Positions 52,901-64,000 of a DNA stretch of 64,000 nt are shown piece by piece. The position numbers and the translations under genes were made by a program. How positions within the stretch are numbered: position 1 is the first letter of the stretch; each line of letters begins with the position of its first letter. The DNA is taken from contig OX597838.1 in assembly GCA_951406725.2 (NCBI GenBank), positions 24,180,001 through 24,244,000 of the forward strand. The letters are read 5' to 3'. The notes beneath the pieces were generated by a model that was not told the origin of the DNA, ran no database searches, and saw nothing but the letters and a program-made list of their open reading frames with translations. Source of the stretch: Octopus vulgaris. Lineage: Eukaryota.

Positions 52901-55894
52901 ATATAAAATGTGTTGGTTTTTTTTTTTTTTTAGAAAGTAGGGTGATTCGACTTCTGTTTCTAGAAAAATCAAGCAGCCATGTACAGACTTCCTGGTGTTG
53001 ATGAATCCATGTGTATGAGGGGTGAAACTATGTATGTGTGTGTGTTCTCCAACAATTTGGTGTGACACCAGTGCAGAATTACCTCCCTCCGACAAGTCAT
53101 CCTAATGAGACGTCTGTGTTGGCTGGGTCATGCCCTCTGTCATCAACCAGGAGAATTCATCTACGAAGCAATTGCCCGAGCTCCCCTTCAGGGTTGGCGA
53201 AAGCGATGTGGTGGACAACAAAAAACCTGGCTGACGACAGTCAAGGCTGATCTGGAGCCCAACCTTGGCCACGGCGTTCGCCGCTGGAATAGGGAGTGGT
53301 TAGAGATCACACGGTCATTAGCCTCAAATCGCCAGACCTGGTTGGCGTTTGTGAGAGATGCAGCATTGAGGATGAATGAAGCCTGCTCAACCCACCCTGG
53401 GTGAATGCTGTCTCAAGACAAGTGTGTGTGTGTGTGAGACTATGTGTATGTGAGACTGTGTGTGAGAGAAGTAGAGAAAGTGGGGTGGTCTTTTATCTTG
53501 TCACAAAACTATATCAACAGCTGTTTCACTCAACCGGTGTATATTTATTTCAGGATGATAGTATCCAGTGCCCGACCTGTAAGACCATATATGGTAAGAA
53601 ACTTGGTAACTGTCCAGATGGTGAGATGGACTACATAACAATTCCAGAATCCCTACCGGGATATCAGAACACTGGAACCATCCGAATATTATACGACATC
53701 AAAGCTGGTATTCAGGTAAGACATAGAGTTACCTGTTTCTTTGGTATTGGTGGTGCTGTTGTTGTTGTTGTTTAGCTTTGGTCACCCTTGATCAATCAGA
53801 CTAACCTAGGTTTCAGGTGTGAGCATCCTATCTTTTATTCAAAACATTCACCATAACATAGTGGTTCAGCAAAAGAGATTGATAGAATCAGTACCCAACT
53901 TAAAATATGAGTGCCGATGTCTACTCATTCAATGCAGTGCCCAAGCATGGCTACAGTCCTGTCACTGGAATAAGTTAAAGATATGTGTACATAGGCGCAG
54001 GATTGGCTGTGTGGTAAGTAGCTTGTTTACCAACCACATGGTTCCGGGTTCAGTCCCACTGCGTGGCATCTTGGGCAAGTGTCTTCTGCTATAGCCCCAG
54101 GCCGACCAATGCCTTGTGAGTGAATTTGGTAGACGGAAACTGAAAGAAGCCCGTCGTATATATATGTGTGTGTGTGTGTGTACGTGTTTGTCCTCCCAAC
54201 ATCGCTTGACAACCGATGCTGGTGTGTTTACATCCCCGTAACTTAGCGGTTCAGGAAAAAGTGATTGATAGAATAAGTACTACGCTGACAAAGAATAAGT
54301 CATGGGGTCGATTTGCTCGACTAAAGGCGGTGCTCCAGCATGGCCGCAGTCAAATGACTGAAACAAGTAAAAGAGTTAGAGTAAAGAGTAATATGTCTAT
54401 TTACATTTATGTATGTGCTCACACAGTCGGAGTGTTAATACTGCTCCCCTTGCTAAAGAGGATTGGCCAGTAAGAGCCCTGTGCCAGTGGCACATGAAAA
54501 GCACCTAGCACACCCTGTAAAGTGGTTGGCTCTGCTCAAACCGTCCAACTCATGCCAGCATGGAAAATGGACATTAAAGATGGAGAAGGAGAATGTTTTT
54601 TTTTCAATTTCAACTTAACACTTTGTCTTTTTACAAATGACTGTTAATTAGTTAGTTAATCAATAACAATTAATGCTAATGGTATTTTTTCATTTACAGG
54701 GTCCTGAACATCCTAATCCTGGTAAACGGTTCACGACCAAAGGATTTCCCAGGTGTTGTTATTTACCTGAGAACGAGAAAGGAAGAAAGGTAATGTGTGT
54801 GTTGTTTTCCTATGGTTATTGAGTACAGTGGGCAAAAGGCCATCAGGTTGGTTGGGGATATATATATATATATATATACAATTAATTAAGGGTAGAAATT
54901 GATATTTATCAATTAAGACCAGTGGTCTAGCATATTAAAAAAGAATCCGAAGATTAAAATATTTATATATACCAATTAAGGACTGAACACGAAAAGTGGA
55001 CAGTCAACATGCTAGATATAGACGATTTGACGTCTATATCTAGCATGTTGACTGTCCACTTTTCGTGTTCAGTCCTTAATTGGTATATATATATATACAT
55101 ATATACATACATATATATACATATACATACATATATATACATATACATACATATATATATATATACATATATACACATATAAATACATATATATATACAT
55201 ATACATACATATATACATATATACACATACACATACACACATACACATACATATATACACATACATATACATATATACACATACATATATACATACATAC
55301 ATACATACACATACATATGTATATACATATATACATACATATATATGTATATACACATACATACATATATACATATATATATATACACACACATATATAC
55401 ATACATACATCAAGAATAGCATGTCCATGTATCAACAGTATGGCATAACTAAGAAGCTTTGTTTGACTCAAACCCTTCAATGTGGTGCTCCAGTATGGCC
55501 ATAGTCAAATGACTAAAACAAGTAAAATAGATAAATGATTTTTTTTCAGTTGTTTTATTTATAAAATTTTTCATGTTACATCAATTTAAAAATTTATTTC
55601 TTATAGGTTCTAAGTCTACTGATAAAAGCCTGGAAAAGACGTTTAATCTTTACAATCGGGACATCCACAACAACAGGGGAGGCCAACACGGTCACATGGA
55701 ATGAGATCCACCACAAAACGGAGCTATACACCAACTACACCGGACACGGTTACCCAGATCCTAACTACTTAGACAACGTACTCCTTGAGTTGGCCGCACA
55801 GGGCGTCATTGACGATGGCTCCAGTGACGAAAACGACTCAGAGATAAAAAGCTCTTCTCTGGACTCAGGTGTTGAAATGGCAGTTAGCAGTTAA
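24397..55894 (+). CDS. deltex: Deltex E3 ubiquitin ligase (DTX1/2/4-type: WWE-WWE, polyQ/low-complexity linker, RING-H2, DTC); 9-exon model, about 997 aa
   Basis: Exons 24397-24601, 28668-30507, 44996-45066, 46712-46843, 48538-48602, 51205-51345, 53554-53715, 54700-54789, 55607-55894. All junctions are GT-AG with matching phases (1,2,1,1,0,0,0,0) and the total is 2994 nt = 998 codons including stop. Extra symmetric exons in the 14.5 kb intron 2 cannot be excluded. Confidence 0.95.
25005..25365 (+). repeat. Three diverged tandem units of about 110-140 bp (a fourth at about 25850-25950)
   Basis: Recurrent ATTTAATATATTCT...TGGTCAC...CTG(A/G)TGTC. Confidence 0.7.
26110..27340 (-). mobile_element. 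RTE LINE 3' part with long subrepeat 3' UTR and (GAT)n tail, in deltex intron 1
   Basis: [11 protein letters not shown]...[16 protein letters not shown]; closely similar to 16030-16770. Confidence 0.85.
28668..30507 (+). CDS. deltex: deltex exon 2: end of WWE1, WWE2, long Q/H/P-rich linker
   Basis: Poly-T tract then ttcag acceptor; RPIRR...GKGIVWQWE...W..FD...[23 protein letters not shown]; donor AA|GTAAGT, phase 2. Confidence 0.94.
30810..31222 (+). mobile_element. Abundant SINE with GCCTTTCATCCTTTCGGGGTCGAT core. Other copies include 1226-1790, 5355-6085, 27910-28570, 32608-32836, 47190-48420.
   Basis: Head AAGGCGGCGAGCTGGCAGAA...GAGTTCAAATTCC; the copy at 32608-32836 has a TSD CCCCTC(C/T)AATAAATACC. 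Confidence 0.85.
31260..31960 (-). mobile_element. RTE LINE 3' fragment
   Basis: Same C-terminal motifs (WFGHV.., GRGRP..TW) and 3' tail as 26110. Confidence 0.7.
33250..33627 (+). mobile_element. Tc1/mariner-superfamily 3' fragment
   Basis: Degenerate (W)PPN(S)PDCN..DY.VW motif followed by a TIR-like end CACTCTG|TA. Confidence 0.6.
34633..34686 (-). ncRNA. Degenerate type I hammerhead ribozyme motif
   Basis: ATGGGTG-CTGATAA-AGGAGT(aaga)ACTCCT-GAAA-TGTGGCACA-TA-TAAACCCAT; one core substitution (CTGATAA versus CTGANGA). Confidence 0.6.
34999..35464. mobile_element. Two tandem piggyBac-type MITEs (34999-35219 and 35244-35464)
   Basis: Each is about 220 bp, bounded by TTAA|CC(C)TTT...AAAGGG|TTAA. 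Confidence 0.85.
36377..36712 (-). mobile_element. CR1-clade LINE 3' end
   Basis: [11 protein letters not shown]...[17 protein letters not shown], the typical CR1 C-terminus. Confidence 0.8.
36942..37302 (+). mobile_element. Non-autonomous element with subterminal repeat and 3' hairpin (Helentron/DINE-like layout)
   Basis: ACCTCTGCC near the 5' end; 3' stem-loop ACCTCTGCC-ctcactaa-GGCAGAGGT; inserted in (TAA)n. Confidence 0.5.
37790..38000 (-). mobile_element. RTE LINE extreme 3' end
   Basis: [30 protein letters not shown]...AAQDRTDWR; (TAGA)n tail. Confidence 0.75.
39168..39875. repeat. Compound (TA/TG) microsatellite with higher-order units of about 30-36 bp
   Basis: Repeated TATATATACATATGTATGTGTGT(AT)CTATGTATG. 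Confidence 0.95.
41858..41949 (+). ncRNA. Degenerate type I hammerhead ribozyme motif
   Basis: GGCTACCT-CTGAAGA-[long stem II region]-GAAA-CCAACTGG-TA-AGGTTGGCC. Confidence 0.5.
43278..43690 (+). mobile_element. mariner transposon 5' end fragment
   Basis: GAGGTGGTATCAAAAAGTTCCTGGACTAG TIR and decayed [13 protein letters not shown]...QAYDDEAM...CFE. Confidence 0.75.
44341..44632 (+). mobile_element. tRNA-derived SINE, same family as 7500-7805
   Basis: A and B boxes present; near-perfect TSD AAATATCTA(G/A)TGT. Confidence 0.9.
44996..45066 (+). CDS. deltex: deltex exon 3
   Basis: Pyrimidine tract and tgcag acceptor; (N)[23 protein letters not shown]; donor A|GTAAGT; bridges phase 2 to phase 1. 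Confidence 0.8.
46712..46843 (+). CDS. deltex: deltex exon 4
   Basis: ttgcag acceptor; (N)[16 protein letters not shown]..., which resembles the semi-conserved pre-RING segment of vertebrate DTX1 (from memory); donor G|GTAAGT; 132 nt, phase 1-1. Confidence 0.82.
   Translation: MSQTFWYLQPFQFGYLRDRFTMVQCLVDHRLMDVSLLPNLQLS
46892..47112. mobile_element. piggyBac-type MITE, same family as 34999, opposite orientation
   Basis: CCCTTTCGTTAC...GTAATGAAAGGG|TTAA. Confidence 0.85.
48538..48602 (+). CDS. deltex: deltex exon 5
   Basis: ttccag acceptor; (G)[21 protein letters not shown] directly precedes the RING; donor GAG|GTAAGG. Confidence 0.9.
51205..51345 (+). CDS. deltex: deltex exon 6, RING-H2 finger
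   Basis: [15 protein letters not shown]...[19 protein letters not shown]; tttcag acceptor; donor AAG|GTAAGT. Confidence 0.96.
51840..52295 (+). mobile_element. RTE-tail repeat ending in (GAT)n. Other copies include 1-270, 1970-2465, 8996-9545, 15085-15350, 21946-22235, 43055-43260.
   Basis: AGGAAGGGCATCCAGCTGTAGAAAC...CCCATGCTAGCATGGAAAGCGGACGTTAAA(T/C)GATGATG; same sequence as the 3' UTR of the RTE at 26110. Confidence 0.8.
53040..53422 (+). mobile_element. RTE-like LINE 3' end
   Basis: [10 protein letters not shown]...[18 protein letters not shown]...LASNRQTW. Confidence 0.75.
53554..53715 (+). CDS. deltex: deltex exon 7, RING end and DTC start
   Basis: [25 protein letters not shown]...SLPGY...[13 protein letters not shown]; donor CAG|GTAAGA. 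Confidence 0.97.
54700..54789 (+). CDS. deltex: deltex exon 8, DTC domain
   Basis: [30 protein letters not shown]; ttacag acceptor; donor AAG|GTAATG. Confidence 0.97.
55607..55894 (+). CDS. deltex: deltex exon 9, DTC end plus acidic tail and stop
   Basis: [39 protein letters not shown]...[22 protein letters not shown]...; TAA at 55892-55894. Confidence 0.97.
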   Translation, partial: VLSLLIKAWKRRLIFTIGTSTTTGEANTVTWNEIHHKTELYTNYTGHGYPDPNYLDNVLLELAAQGVIDDGSSDENDSEIKSSSLDSGVEMAVSS

Positions 55895-58800
55895 GTAGTG
55901 TGTGTCGTTAGTCCTAACAACACACCCTTGACACTCATAGATTTCAGTTTAATCAACGTATGTTATATATTTTTTTTATATAATTTTCCTATTCCTAAAT
56001 TTTCCACTGCCCCCCTCCTCCTCCTCATTTCAATTAAAATTTTACCTTGTCTTGGTGACTAATGTTTTAGAAATCGAAGAAGTCTGTTCTCGTTAAGCTG
56101 ATTTAGTCTCTTTTTTCTTTTCATTTCCTTCACTTTGGTGTATAGTATCACTTCTCATCTTTAATAATAAAAGCACTATGCTATTTCCTTTTCATATAAA
56201 CAGTGTTGTATTACAATAGCCTAAGTTTGTGTGTACATCTCTCGTAATACGACAGCATTAGGCTAGCCAAGAGGATCACATACACTTCTCGTGTGGCCTT
56301 TTCTTTTTAGACATTAGGACGTGATTTGAGGGAAGTTTTAACTGTTATTTCTAGCATTCCCTTTAAACCACTTTAACCTCTTATCTCCCTTAGGTGGTGT
56401 ACAAGTTCCCATTTAACGAAGCCCTGCTAAGGCTTTTTTCTAGTCTGGTCGTATTAGGCTTAGCATATGCTGATGTGTGTACTTCTTATAAAGGCAGTCT
56501 TCATATAGTCTGCCTTTTTTTTTTCTTTTCTATTTTTTCCTTTTGTTATTTTCTTTTTCTAAGCAGGCTGACATATTTTTACTGCTCACGAATTTCCTCA
56601 TTGTAGAGGGAAATATTTTTGAAAACAAAAAAATGAAAATCTAACCTCAAGGTGTGTCATTTCTTTTTTCTATTTTTTTTATCTGTGTACATGCAATATA
56701 AAATTTCATTAATCTCTGAGCTAAATCACACACACAAACAAACAAACCAGGAACAAAAATGATTTCTATAATTTTAGATTCCTTTTTTTATAACAAACAG
56801 GCTGACTACTTTCTGTCTATATATATATATATATATATATATACTCTTTGTTTCAGTCATTAGACTGTGGCCATGCTGGGGCACCACTTTTGAAGTAAGG
56901 CCTTGTCCTTATTCTAGCAATCTTTCTTGCCACACTTGAGTTATGGGGATGTAAACATACCAACACCAGTTGTCAAGCAGTGGGGGGAGGAGGACAAACA
57001 GACACACACACACACACACAAACAGGCATCTTTTGGTTTCCTTCTACCAAATTCACTCACAAGGCTTTGGTCAACCCAAGGTTATAGTAGAAGCCACTTG
57101 CCCCCCCAGGTACCAGTGTGACCAAACTTGGAACCATGGAGTTGGGAAGCACACTTCTTCCCTTCCCACACAGGCTTTTAGGCACATTTAAAAAGAAATA
57201 TATGTAATCATGTGTGGTTGTGTGTGTGTGAGAGAGAAAGTGTGCATATGTGTATTCTTTTGCCAATTTCAGCTCAAAACTGCGGCACCACTGTTATGTG
57301 TGTGTATGTATGTATGTGTGTGTAATGGAACCCTTATCATAACTAGCCAAGTCAGGGATGTCTCTGGTCTTAGGGACTGTCACTTAAGCATCCCAGCATT
57401 GAGACTGTGCTGTGTCGCTGGGCAAGACACTTTATCTCTGGAAAGTCTGATTTTTCCTAGCTGTGAATAAGTACCATGGAGAGGTACAGCCCATCTACAG
57501 AGAACAGTGACTTTGACCTCGAGGACATATCATTTCTTGGTCTTTGATGAGGTAAATGTGGGATTGGGTGAACCTCCCTTTCAGTGGAAACGACCGGCCC
57601 TTCAGCAGAAGCCCAATGGTCCAACGTTTATAAGTAAGCATATCAGGATATTTTGCTTTTTTTTTTTTTAAATAGATTTGTTGGTGTATTTGTTGCTAGG
57701 TGCAGGCATGGCTATGGTTAAGAAGTGTGTTTTGTAACCACGAGGCTTTGGGTTCAGTCCCACAGCATGGCACCTTCAGCAAGTGTCTTCTACTATAAAG
57801 CCTTTTGCTGGCTGATGTCTTGTGAGTGAATTTGGTAGAAGAAAACTGGAAGCTTATAGTGTGTGTGTCCCATCACATCTTGCCAATTGGTGTTGGTTTG
57901 TTAACATCCCTGTAACTTAGCAGTTTGGCAAAAGCAATCGATAGAATAAAGTACCAGGCTTAAAAATCAAAACTGGGGTCCTGGAGTCGCTTTGCTTAAA
58001 ACCCATCGAGACAATGCCCCAGTATGGCTGGAGCCCAACGACTGAAGTGAAGCATAGGTGGGAAGTAATTAATGTTGGCCCTCCCCCTCTTTTTTTATCA
58101 CGCATATACACACACACACATTCACAAACACCTTGTGATAAGTGTAGACAAATTTGGAATATTTTTAATTATTTTATGCATGTCTTTTTGACATGATGCA
58201 TCTCTCCCTCCTCCTACCCCCCCGTTCACAAACTTGTTTCGGGGGAGTTTTTACTCTTTCAAAATATTTTTCTCTCATTTTACTTCTCACTGTTCCCACC
58301 ACCATTCTCTCTCTCTCTGTCTCTTACAAAAAAAAAAAAAGAAAAAATCCCTTTTCTCCTCTCTTTCTACATCTTAACTGACATTAGATCCCTCTTCCAC
58401 CAAGAAGTCTACTTCTAATCCTTAATAATATAGGTTCACATTTTTGGCCTGGTCAACAGGGAGGGGCGGTTGCATTGGAACTGACCAGGAGACCTCAGCA
58501 GTTTTCTATCCCTTTCTATCGTTGCTATTATTTATTGACCAATTTGGTACAGTGGCAGTGAACAATAAAAGTACCTTGTAGTGTACTGGTCCCAACCATC
58601 CCGCCCCTTCATTGTTTTTCTTTTTCCCCGTTTAATTTACGTCATGACTTCAAATCCACCATCACTGAGTTCGGTTTTACTTGTCATCCATCCTTCCTCC
58701 ACAAATGAGTTGGAAGAGGGGACGGGGAAGGGGGGGCAGGGAGCTCGGTAAAATAAAGTACGCCAGTGGAGTACTGGGAATCGATGTCGTCGGCTTCAAC

Positions 58801-59262
58801 CCCTACCCTTCCCCCCCACCAATCGTCCATAATTTGCGGCGCTGTTTGCGCCAAAGTAAGACATCATTATTTATTGAAAGATAAATTCTCCTCACCCCCA
58901 TTCCACCCTAAAAAAAATAAATTAAAATCTAAAAACAGAAACAAACAACAGCTGATCTTTCCCCCGACCCTCGCCCCCCACTTTAGAACATTTGCATTTG
59001 TACAATGATTTTCTTGGCCTTAAAATTAACACATCCTTTTGAAATTTATTTCCCCCCACCCCATGTCCTTCTTTTGATTGAGGTTGAAGTGTTTTTTTTT
59101 TTTGTCTTGTGAACCTGATTCTATCTCTCTCACCCCCCAATCTCTGGTTTGCAGTCGAGCTGCCTTTCAGCAGAATTTGCAAAAGAGAGAACTAAATACA
59201 GCTAAAATAATAATGAAAAAAAAAAATTTTTTTTAAATTCTTCACCTCTTGTTCTTGCAATG

Positions 59263-59268
59263 AATAAA
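59263..59268 (+). terminator. Candidate distal poly(A) signal of deltex (implies a 3' UTR of about 3.4 kb)
   Basis: AATAAA followed 15-40 nt later by a GT/T-rich tract. A proximal AATAAA also exists at 56166-56171. Confidence 0.45.
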
Positions 59269-59580
59269 ACAGAATTCCTGCTCTTTCGTGTTTTTGCTGT
59301 TGTCATTTATTTTTTTTATTCTTTTACTTGTTTCAGTCATTTAGCTTTGGCCATGCTGGGGCACTGCCTGGAAGAGCTTTAGTCGAACAAAATGATCACC
59401 AGGACTTATTTTTAAAACTGGTATTTATCCTATCAGTCTTTTTTCAACAAACTGCTAAGCTATGGGGACGTAAACACACCGCCTTTAGTCGAGCAAATCG
59501 ACGCCAGGACTTATTCTTTGCCGGACCACTAAGTTACGGGGACGCAAACACACCGAAGTGATGTTGGGGGAACAAACACA

Positions 59581-62500
59581 AACATACATATACACATATA
59601 CATGTACATACACACACGTATACATACATACATACATACACACACACGTATACATACATACATACACACACATACACATACACATACATATGTACATACA
59701 TATACACATACATACATATACACATACATACATATACATACACATATACATACATACTTATACATATACATACATATATATACATATACACACATACACA
59801 CATATACATACATACACACACATACTTACATACATACACATACACACATACATACATACATACACACACATACATACATATACTTACTTACATACATACA
59901 CACACATATACATACACACACATACACACATATACATACACACACACATACGTATACATTCATACATATACATACATACATACACTCATACGTATACATA
60001 TACATACATACGTATATATACATACATATACATACATACATATACATACATACGTACACATACATACACACACATATACATAAACACATATATATACATA
60101 CATACACACATACATACGTACACATACACACATACGTATACATACATACACACTCATACATATACATACATACGTATATATACATACACATACACACACA
60201 TATACATACACACACATACATACATACACACACACACACACATACATACACACATACATACACACACATACATATATACGTACACACACATACGTACATA
60301 TACATATACACATATATACATGCACACACACACACACACATACGTATACATACACACATACGTATATATACATACAAATACATACACACACACATACGTA
60401 TACATACATACGTACATATACATACATATACACATACATACATACATATACACATGCACACACACACATAAGTATACATACACACACATACGTATATATA
60501 CATACACACGTACAAATACATACACACACACATACGTATACATACATACACATACATACGTACACATACATACGTATATATACATACACACACACACATA
60601 TACACATATATATACATACATACACATACATACGTATACATACATACACACACATACGTATACATATATATACATATACGTATATATACATACACACGTA
60701 CATACGTATATATACATACACACGTACATATACATACGTACACATACATATACTTACATACATACATATACACACACACACACATACATATACTTACAGA
60801 CATACATATACATACACACACATATACATACACACACATACATACACACACACATACACATATTACACACGTATACGTATACATATATATACACACACAC
60901 ACGTACATATACATACATACGTACACATACATACACACATACGTATACATACATACGTACACATACACACATACGAATACATACATACGTATATATACAT
61001 ACATACGTATACATACATACACACATACATATTACACACATACGTATATATACGTACACACGTACGTATATATACATATACACATACATACATACATAAA
61101 CACATATACATGCACACACATATACATACATACACATACGTATACATATATACGTATATATACATACACATATACGTATATATATATACATACATATACT
61201 TACATACATACATATACACGTATACATACACACACATATACATACATACGTATACATACATACATACATACACACATACATACACACACATATACATACA
61301 TACGTATACACACACACATACATATACACAAACATATATACATACATACACACGTACATACACACACATACATACATACACACGTATATATACATACACA
61401 CACACATACATACACACACACATACGTATATATACATACATACGTACACACACATACGTGTACATACGTATATATACATACACACACATACGTATACATA
61501 CATACACACATATACATACATACACACACACGTATACATACATACACACATATACACATATACATACACACGCATACATACATATATACACACACGTACA
61601 CATATACACACATACACACACATACGTATATATACATACACACGTACAAATACATACACACACACATACGTATACATACATACGTACATACACACACATA
61701 CATACGAATACATACATACGTATATATACATACACACACACATATACACATATATATATACATACATACACATACATACATATACACACATACGTATACA
61801 TATATATACATATTCGTATATATACATATATACGTATATATACATATATACGTATATATACATACACACGTACACATACGTATACATACATATACACACA
61901 CACACACACACACACTACATACATACGTATACATACATACACACACATATTACACACGTATACATACACACACATACGTATACATATATATACATACACA
62001 TACGTACACATACATACACACACACATACGTATACATACATACGTACACATACACACATACGAATACATACATACATACGTATATATACATACGTATACA
62101 TACATACACACACATACATACATATATACGTATATATACATACATACGTATACATACATACACATACATATTACACACATACGTATATATACGTACACAC
62201 GTACATATACACACATACGTATATATACGTACACACGTACATATACACACATACGTATATATACGTACACACGTACATATACACACATACGTATATATAC
62301 GTACACACGTACATACATATACACATACATACATACATAAACACATATACATACACATACATACGTATACATATATACGTATATATACATACACACACAT
62401 ACGTATATATACATACACATATACGTATATATACATACACACACACATACACATATACGTATATATACATACACACATACGTACATATACATACATACGT

Positions 62501-62971
62501 ACACACACACACATATACATAAACACATATATATACTTACATACATACATATACACATACATACGTATACATACATACACATACATATACACATATATAT
62601 ACATACATACACACACATATACACACATACGTATACATACATATACACATATATATATACATACATACATACACATACACACACACACGTATACATACAT
62701 ACACACACACACACGTACATATACACACACATACATACATACGTACATACATACGTACACACACATACGTGTACATACATACACATACATACATACGTAT
62801 ATATACATACACACACATACGTATACATACATATACACACATACGTATACATACACATATATACATACACACGCATACATACATATGCATACATACATAT
62901 ATACACACACGTACACATACACATATACACACATACGTATACATACATACACACACACATACATATACACA
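59581..62971. repeat. 3.4 kb compound (CA/TA/TACG) microsatellite
   Basis: Almost pure purine-pyrimidine alternation; source of all long H/T/Y/I and C/V/M ORFs here. Confidence 0.97.
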
Positions 62972-63115
62972 CGGTGGGCTTCTTTCAGTTTCCGTCTACC
63001 AAATCCAAACACAAGGCTTTGGTCGGCCTGAAGCTATAGTAGAAAACACTTGCCCAAGGTGCCATGCAGTGGGAATGAACTCAGAACCATGTGCTTGGGA
63101 AGCAAGCTACTGACC

Positions 63116-63883
63116 AGATCTAATTTCTCGTGCCTACCCTACAATGTCATTCTAAAATTATGCAAACACACCATTGAAATCTTAAAGCTACAAGATAATG
63201 CACGAGTAATTCAAAACAAGGTGAATAAATAAGAATTACATTAGACAGTAATGGTGAATGTTGAAGGGCTTAAAAAGCCCATATCTGGTCTCTCTCACTT
63301 ACCTTACAGTGTCATTCTAAAATAAACAATCGCATCATTGAAATCGCGAAGCTACATTGTGAATAAATAAGCATTACATTTGACAGAGTAATCGGAAGGG
63401 TTTAACTGGCTGTATCTGGCCTCGCACACCTACCCTACAATGTCCAGAGATAAACAATCACATCATTGAAATCTCAAAGCTACAAAATAATGCATGAGTA
63501 ATTCAAAATGTGAACAAATCTGAACATTGAAGGGTTTAACTGGCCATATCTTTACTGCCCACAATGGGCTACACACAGAGGGGACAAACAAGGACAATCA
63601 AAGGGATTAAGTCGATTACATCAACTCCAGTACGCAACTGGTACTTAATTTATCAACCCCGAAAGGATGAAAGGCAAAGTCGACCTTGGCGGAATTTGAA
63701 CTCAGAACGTAGTGGCAGACGAAATACTGCTAAGGAATTTGCTTGGCATGCCAGCTCGCCGCCTTTAATTGGCTATATCTGGCCTCTCACACCTACCCTA
63801 CAATGTCCAGAGATAGGTAATTCAAAACAATGTGTAAAATAAGCATTACTTTCGACTGAATAAGCTGAATGCTGAAGGGATAA
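63116..63883 (-). repeat. Tandem array of four partial copies of the 6530 MITE, with a SINE inserted at about 63550-63768
   Basis: Units of about 115-160 bp, typically CTACCCTACAATGTC...GAAGGG. Confidence 0.75.
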
Positions 63884-64000
63884 ATTAAATTACAGTCAGT
63901 ACTTTTATTACTTAAGGAGAAATAAAAGTTTGAGAGAATGTTTCAGGTGGGTGTTCAAAAGAAAAGAAAGAGAAAAGGAAAAAAATGGTTGTGAAATACT

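Noticed and set aside
59558-63012. Long ORFs of up to 513 aa rich in H/T/Y/I or C/V/M/Y
   Set aside because: Dinucleotide repeats lack stop codons, so most frames are open on both strands. The same applies at 4.8-5.1k, 13.3k, 20.2k, 39k, 41k, 46.4k and 55.1k.

Overview
AT-rich, intron-containing animal DNA saturated with SINEs, LINE fragments, MITEs and (TA/CA) microsatellites. The repeat content resembles an octopus/coleoid cephalopod genome (inference). The main gene is a complete + strand deltex E3 ligase (tandem WWE, polyQ linker, RING-H2, DTC). I assembled it by hand from 9 phase-compatible GT-AG exons at 24397-55894 (2994 nt, 997 aa). A divergent - strand CCDC92-like gene has one clear exon (2733-2893) and a probable promoter with an RFX X-box near 14.6 kb. 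Most listed ORFs are microsatellite or repeat artefacts. Points of interest: (1) six (TA)n-embedded 'fold-back' insertions with one architecture (arm, spacer, inverted arm, unique tail), one of which carries an inverted copy of its own flank; (2) several degenerate Penelope-type hammerhead ribozyme motifs; (3) exon-like relics of a possible dead gene at 15.5-22.4 kb; (4) a structured polyQ expansion and an acidic DSG tail in Deltex.
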